In this document: positions 54,820-60,800 of the stretch, piece by piece | Layout: each line of letters opens with the position of its first letter | Numbering within the stretch: position 1 is the stretch's first letter | Origin: Octopus sinensis | Taxonomy: Eukaryota | NCBI RefSeq assembly: GCF_006345805.1 | Contig: NC_043001.1 | Coordinates: forward strand, 29,698,001-29,762,000 | DNA: 64,000 nt | Direction of reading: 5' to 3' | Translations under genes and position numbers: made by a program | Notes under the pieces: model-generated | Databases searched by the model: none | What the model was told of the DNA's origin: nothing | Seen by the model: the letters and a program-made list of their open reading frames with translations, nothing else

Positions 54820-57800
54820 ATACACAAGAACAGCAATTCTACATGATAGTGAGACATGGGCCCAGAATGCAGGAGACATGTGAATGTTAGAAAGGAATGA
54901 GGCTAGTATGCTCCACTGGATGTATAATATAAATGTACATGTTCAACAAAGTGCTAATGTTCTGAGAGAGAAATTGGCTGCTGTGTGCAAGAGAGAAGAC
55001 TGCACTTGTTTGATTATGTGATGCAGATGGATGTTGACAGTTCCATAAAGAATGTCTGGATTGCTCAAAGTGGATAGAATACATGGAAGTGGGAGACCGA
55101 GGAAGACATGTGATAAAGTACAGAAGAATGGCCTCAGGACACTGAACCTTTCAGGTGAGATGACAAAGGACCAAGATGCCTGGTACTTTGCCATACAAAG
55201 AAGACTCATACTCCACAACAGGAGTGTTAAGACCAATTCTTCTGGTGGTGTAAAGCATTCGTTATGGTGCCATGTAAAAGCATCCATGCAGTTCCACATA
55301 AAAGTGTCTGTGCAATGACACGTAAAGCTTCCCATGTGGTACCATATAAAAGCATCCATACAGTGCCATGTGAAAGCACCTGTGTGATGCCACCTGGTGC
55401 CATGTAAAAGCACCTGTGAAGTGCCACATAAAAGCATCCAGCGCGCTCTCTAATGAAGTTGGTGTTAGGAAGGGTATCCAGCTGCAGAAACCATTCCAAA
55501 TCAGACTGGAATCTGGTGCAGCTCCCCAGCTTGCCAGTTCTGGTTAAACCGTCCAACCCATGCCAACATGAACAACAGACATTAAATGATGACAATGACA
55601 ATGATGATTATGATGATGATGACATTAAAATCATAGCTAAATTTATATGACCAGTTTCACTATTGCTTGTTGCTGTTCAGCCTCAGGCCAATTCTTAATA
55701 AAGAGGCATATGGTTAAAAGCATTCTCAGTGTAACAGTCTTTATCCTTGACTACATCATCTAAACTTCCTTTACTTTCTTAAGACAAGAGTGTAATTTCA
55801 GAATGATTTGGCTGTTGTTTCTTAGAGGTTAAATAATGGTTGATGATCATGTGAAAGAAGTGTGGGAGAAGAAGAGTGAAAATAAAGAGTACTGGGATTG
55901 ACAAAAGGAAGATCAGTAAGGTGAGTATAATGTTTGATTATTATGAGGGAGAACAATAATAAGGATACTTACCCTGTTGTAATAGCAAAATCGTCTAGTG
56001 AATTGCTGAGTTTGCAGTCAAGCTGTGCATTCTGAGGGTCTACTTTCTGAAATGAACAACAAGAGTATTTAACATGGAATGTTCATATTCTAAGCTAATA
56101 ATGTAGATACATACACATGAAGAAATGTAATCTCTGCATTGCTGTAAAGTATCATATAAAACTATGACTTATTCAAACTGTAAAACAGAAATAACAAGCA
56201 AATATTACTACAAAAACAAATATTACTTAATGAAAAGCAATAGACAAATAGCATTTGACTAGACAAATGGATGTAGGTAATAAGATGAAATGGAAATTCA
56301 TGAAAATACCAAGTGAACCTAAAACCAATCACATATGTATAGTGTATTAGAACAATACAAATGCCATAATAGAAAAATTTGACAGTTGATACTCTCTAAC
56401 AATTGTCATTTTGGCATGAAACTTTAGAGTAGTGGTATCAGCATACTCTAGTAAAGGTCCTAGAAAATGAGAAAGCAACCATACTCTGGGGTCTGCCAAT
56501 ACATACATAAGGAGATCAAGGTTAATCAGCTAGATATGTTCTAAGTTCAAATTCCACCAAGGTTGACTTTGCCTTTCATTCTTTCTGGGTCGAAATTTGG
56601 TGGGAGGGGATAATTTGATTACATCAACCTCAGTTCATAGCTGGTACTTATTCTATTGACCAGAAAAGGATGAAAGGCAAAGTCGACCTCGGTGGGATTT
56701 GAACTTAAAACATAGCGATGAACAAAATACCACTAAGCATTTCATCCAACACACTAACAATTCTGCCAGCTCACCACCTTAGAAGACTACTAAATAATGA
56801 CAAAATAACTTTTGTTTTCTTAGAATAAAGCCTGAAAAACTTCATCTGGAAATAGTTGCAGAATTAAGTCTTAAATATACCTGAGCAGAATATTACATTC
56901 CTTTCTCTGAGACAGGACAAAAGTTTTAAGAACTATAATGACGTTAATCTTATGTGATAATACAAATAATTGAAATGAAAGGCAAAATGTCTAGCAGAAA
57001 AGATTTCCCATTTTCCTCATGGTATAAAATTCATTCTAGTATTTGAATCATTCATATTGCTTTTTCTCATCAAAGAACATCAATAACCGCTGATGATTCT
57101 CTCTTTTTCTCAGTATTGCATGATAAGTTGACTCAAAAGTTAGTTGAATAAAATAGGCATATTTTCCCCCCTATTAGTTCATCTAAGTCCTGATTAAGCC
57201 TTTTGTTACCAACCTGGCTGACACTGGCTCTGACTCTGCAGTACAAATGTTTTGCTTGCATAAGTTTTGAATTAAAATCTTCAACCAAACCTTAGTCACA
57301 ATTTATGTTCCTAACACTAGATAAATGATAACTAAGTTATTTTACTAAACTCTTTGTTATATTTAACATAATTGAACGAAACACAGAGCATCTCAAAATA
57401 AATACAGTAACGAAAGAGTTAATACTACAAGCAAATATATTTATAAATAAATTCATATTAGTACAAAGAGTATACTATAATAATATTAATTCTTTCTACA
57501 ATACACACAAAACCTGATGTTTGTCAGGAGTTAGTCAATTACATCAACCCCAATGCTCGACTGATACTTATTTTATTGACCCCAAAATGATGAAAGGTAA
57601 AGTCAACCTTGGTGGCATTTAAACTGAGAACATAAAGAACTGGAAGAAGTGCTGCTATGCATTTTGTCTGGTGCAGTGATAATTCTGCTAGCTTACTGCC
57701 TTAATCATATTAATGGTAATTTATAAAAGCAATGCCTGGCAAAAATCTTTTTATTCTAATTATGATTTCACATATTGGCAAAGGCCTCTTGTTTGTAAAG

Positions 57801-60800
57801 GTGGTAGCGGTGGCAGTGGCAGTGGTGCTGGTGGAGATGATGACGATGATGATGATGATGATGACGATGATGAAATATTTATCAAAGTACAAAATAACTA
57901 AATTTATTTCATTTCTATGGTTTCATAAATGAAAACAATTTACTTACATCTTTAAAAGTGTAAATGGAAGAAGCAACAGCTGTATCTTCTGAGATTGTAA
58001 TTGTATAGGACTGACTGAGAAATTTCAGGTTGACAGCACTGTTTTCAGTAACAGTTACAACTATAGTGCAATAACTATTTCTCCTACAAAAGAGAGACCA
58101 AATTTATTTATTCCCGTGAAAAAAAAAAAATGTCAAATGAAAAAATTGTATCTGAGACCTCACAAGGAAAGTAACATGATGTAAATACTAATATTTAAAT
58201 ACTATAACTTTGGATATTTTCAAAGAAACTAGAAAGATAGAAATTTGGTAAATATAACTTTCTAATAAAAATATAATGAAATGGTAATAAATGTTTGTTT
58301 GTTTTTTTGTTTTTTTCTTTTAAGTAAAAAGTAAATAGATGGTAGAAACTGAGAAATGGATAAGGTTAATGTTTATAAATAAAAAGTCAAGTATAATAGA
58401 TGACTATTGCTTCAATTCAAATGACAAGTACATTTCATGTTTATCAAAGCCCTGCCTTTTATAAGGAAAGTATAAATGAAACAAGATGTGTTTCTTATTC
58501 AAGTAGACAGCCTGTGCTACTAATTTCTTCATACTAAAAACATAGTCAATACCTAAAATAAAGTACTTCTTTGACTCAAGCAGATTATATATTTTATGTC
58601 TAAAATGAATGATAGCTGTTTAACTTATTTAACGTTATATTTTGGAATTATCCATACAACATGCAAAATATAGAAGTTTACATAAACCGTTAGCATTTAG
58701 TTGCATAGAAACTATTGCTTGCTTTTGTCAACTGACATATGGCAATGGCATAAAGTGTTCTTGAGTTGTTGTTTTCCCTAGCTATTACAACCACAACTAA
58801 GGCCATGATGGAGTACAGCTTTGTAGATGAAGTACTTAAGAGATCTGGCAGTTATTGATGCTTTAGCCCCAGGTTTAAAATTAGCCCCATGTCTACTCTT
58901 ACCAATCAGACTTATAACCAAAAATTTTCCAGTCGTGACCACCCTATTTTTTAAAGGCAATCTAAGACTACATTATTTAACATGTCCTTCTTTTTTCTGA
59001 GATGCTAGTGTATGATTTGAGAGAGATTTGGATGCTTCTTCTAGCAGGTCAGCTTACCACATTGAGACTCCCTCATTGACCTGCTATTGTTATTGATATT
59101 AATTTAATTTAATGACAACATATAACTGAATGGATCAAACCCTTAGTGAAACCCAATAATTTATTTAATGAAACAGTTTAATTTGTGGCCACTAATCTTG
59201 GTATATTAAAAGGTTAAAAACAATTGATCTTTGCAGAATGTAAAGTTGAATCAGTTTGAACTGGATTAAAACTAAAGCAATCGAATTTTCAAGTATTAGT
59301 CTTAATAAACAATTAGTTCACGAGATTACAGTAGAGTTATTGCTGCAAGCTTTTATCAATCTTAGTTTTATCAATCTTAGTTTTATCAATCTTATCAAAC
59401 ATTCAGAGGTGACTTAAGCAAAACACTTAGAATGGCTACTGGTAAATATTTTAGTATCATATAGATGAATGACCAAAGTTAAACCAGATTTTTAACTTGG
59501 AACTATCAGTCTATTAATTACTGTGAAGTAATGCAGACCTCTATTGAAAAACAACGTATTAAATTACAAAATTCACAAAAATTCACAAAATTTCTAATCT
59601 GTGACCAAAATAAATCTGCTTAAATAGATTTATAGCAACTGTCAATTCATTTCTATAAATGATATTTTATGGCAATCTTTTACCATGATATGCAAAATTT
59701 TTAAATTATATTTCTATATGTAGTTATTGTGGAGGTGCAATGGCCCAGTGGTTAGGGCAGCGGACTCGTGGTCGGAGGATCGCGGTTTCAATTCCCAGAC
59801 CAGGTGTTGGGTGTGTTTATTGAGTACAAACACCTAAGAGCTCCACGAGACTCCAGCAGGGAGTGGTGACAACCCCTGTTGTACTCTTTCACCCCAACTC
59901 TCTCTCACTCTTTCTTCCTGTTTCTTGAGTAACGCTGCGATGGACTGGCATCCTGTCCAGCTGGGGGGAATACATACACCAAAGAAACCGGGAAACTGGG
60001 CCCATGAACCTGGCTAGGCTTGAAAAGAGTGCATAAAAAAATATTATGTAGTTATTATTAAAACTGAGAATAGTTCTTTTTAAATATATACCATAATATT
60101 TGGGCAAATTATTTATCTGGAAAGCTCTAAAAATTCCTTGCAACTATAATTATAGCAATTTCGTCAACTACTTGTTACAGTATCTGGGGAATGGTATTGA
60201 TTGGTATTAACTTCTTTACTATCACTTCAATTCTAAATTGTTGCCACTCAAATGCCTCAGTAAAAAAGTTCATATAAGGCCAAATCATGTCCAAAATTTT
60301 CCCCCTTAATTACTGAAAATATAAAAATACTATTAGTATATAAACATTTTAACCTCACTTTGAACACACACTTTGTAATCAATAGACAGATGTGTCTAAT
60401 ACTTTTGATGGAATTCAACAACCCCTGATCAACTGAAGAATTTGAACTCAAAACCACCAACTATAAAGCCCCTCAGCAATTAAACCTACTTCCCAAAAAT
60501 TACCTAGAGTTAAGCAACATAAGAACTTAGTATCCCAAAACTGATTTGTGCTCTTTTATGTCACATATCTAAATAAACTTAAGCATTAGAAAATCACTCA
60601 CCTTAAGCTTTCTGGTGTGGCTTGATCTTCAGCTTTAATGACAACAATATATTTATCGTTCCTGTTTAACTTACCAACAGCATTCAAATTTTTGCCACTT
60701 ATACTAAATTTATCTTTTCCACTGGTCAAACTATAAACAATGATTTTGTTGTCTCCACTGTCTTCATCAGTAGCATCAAACTAAACAAAAGATAGAATAA

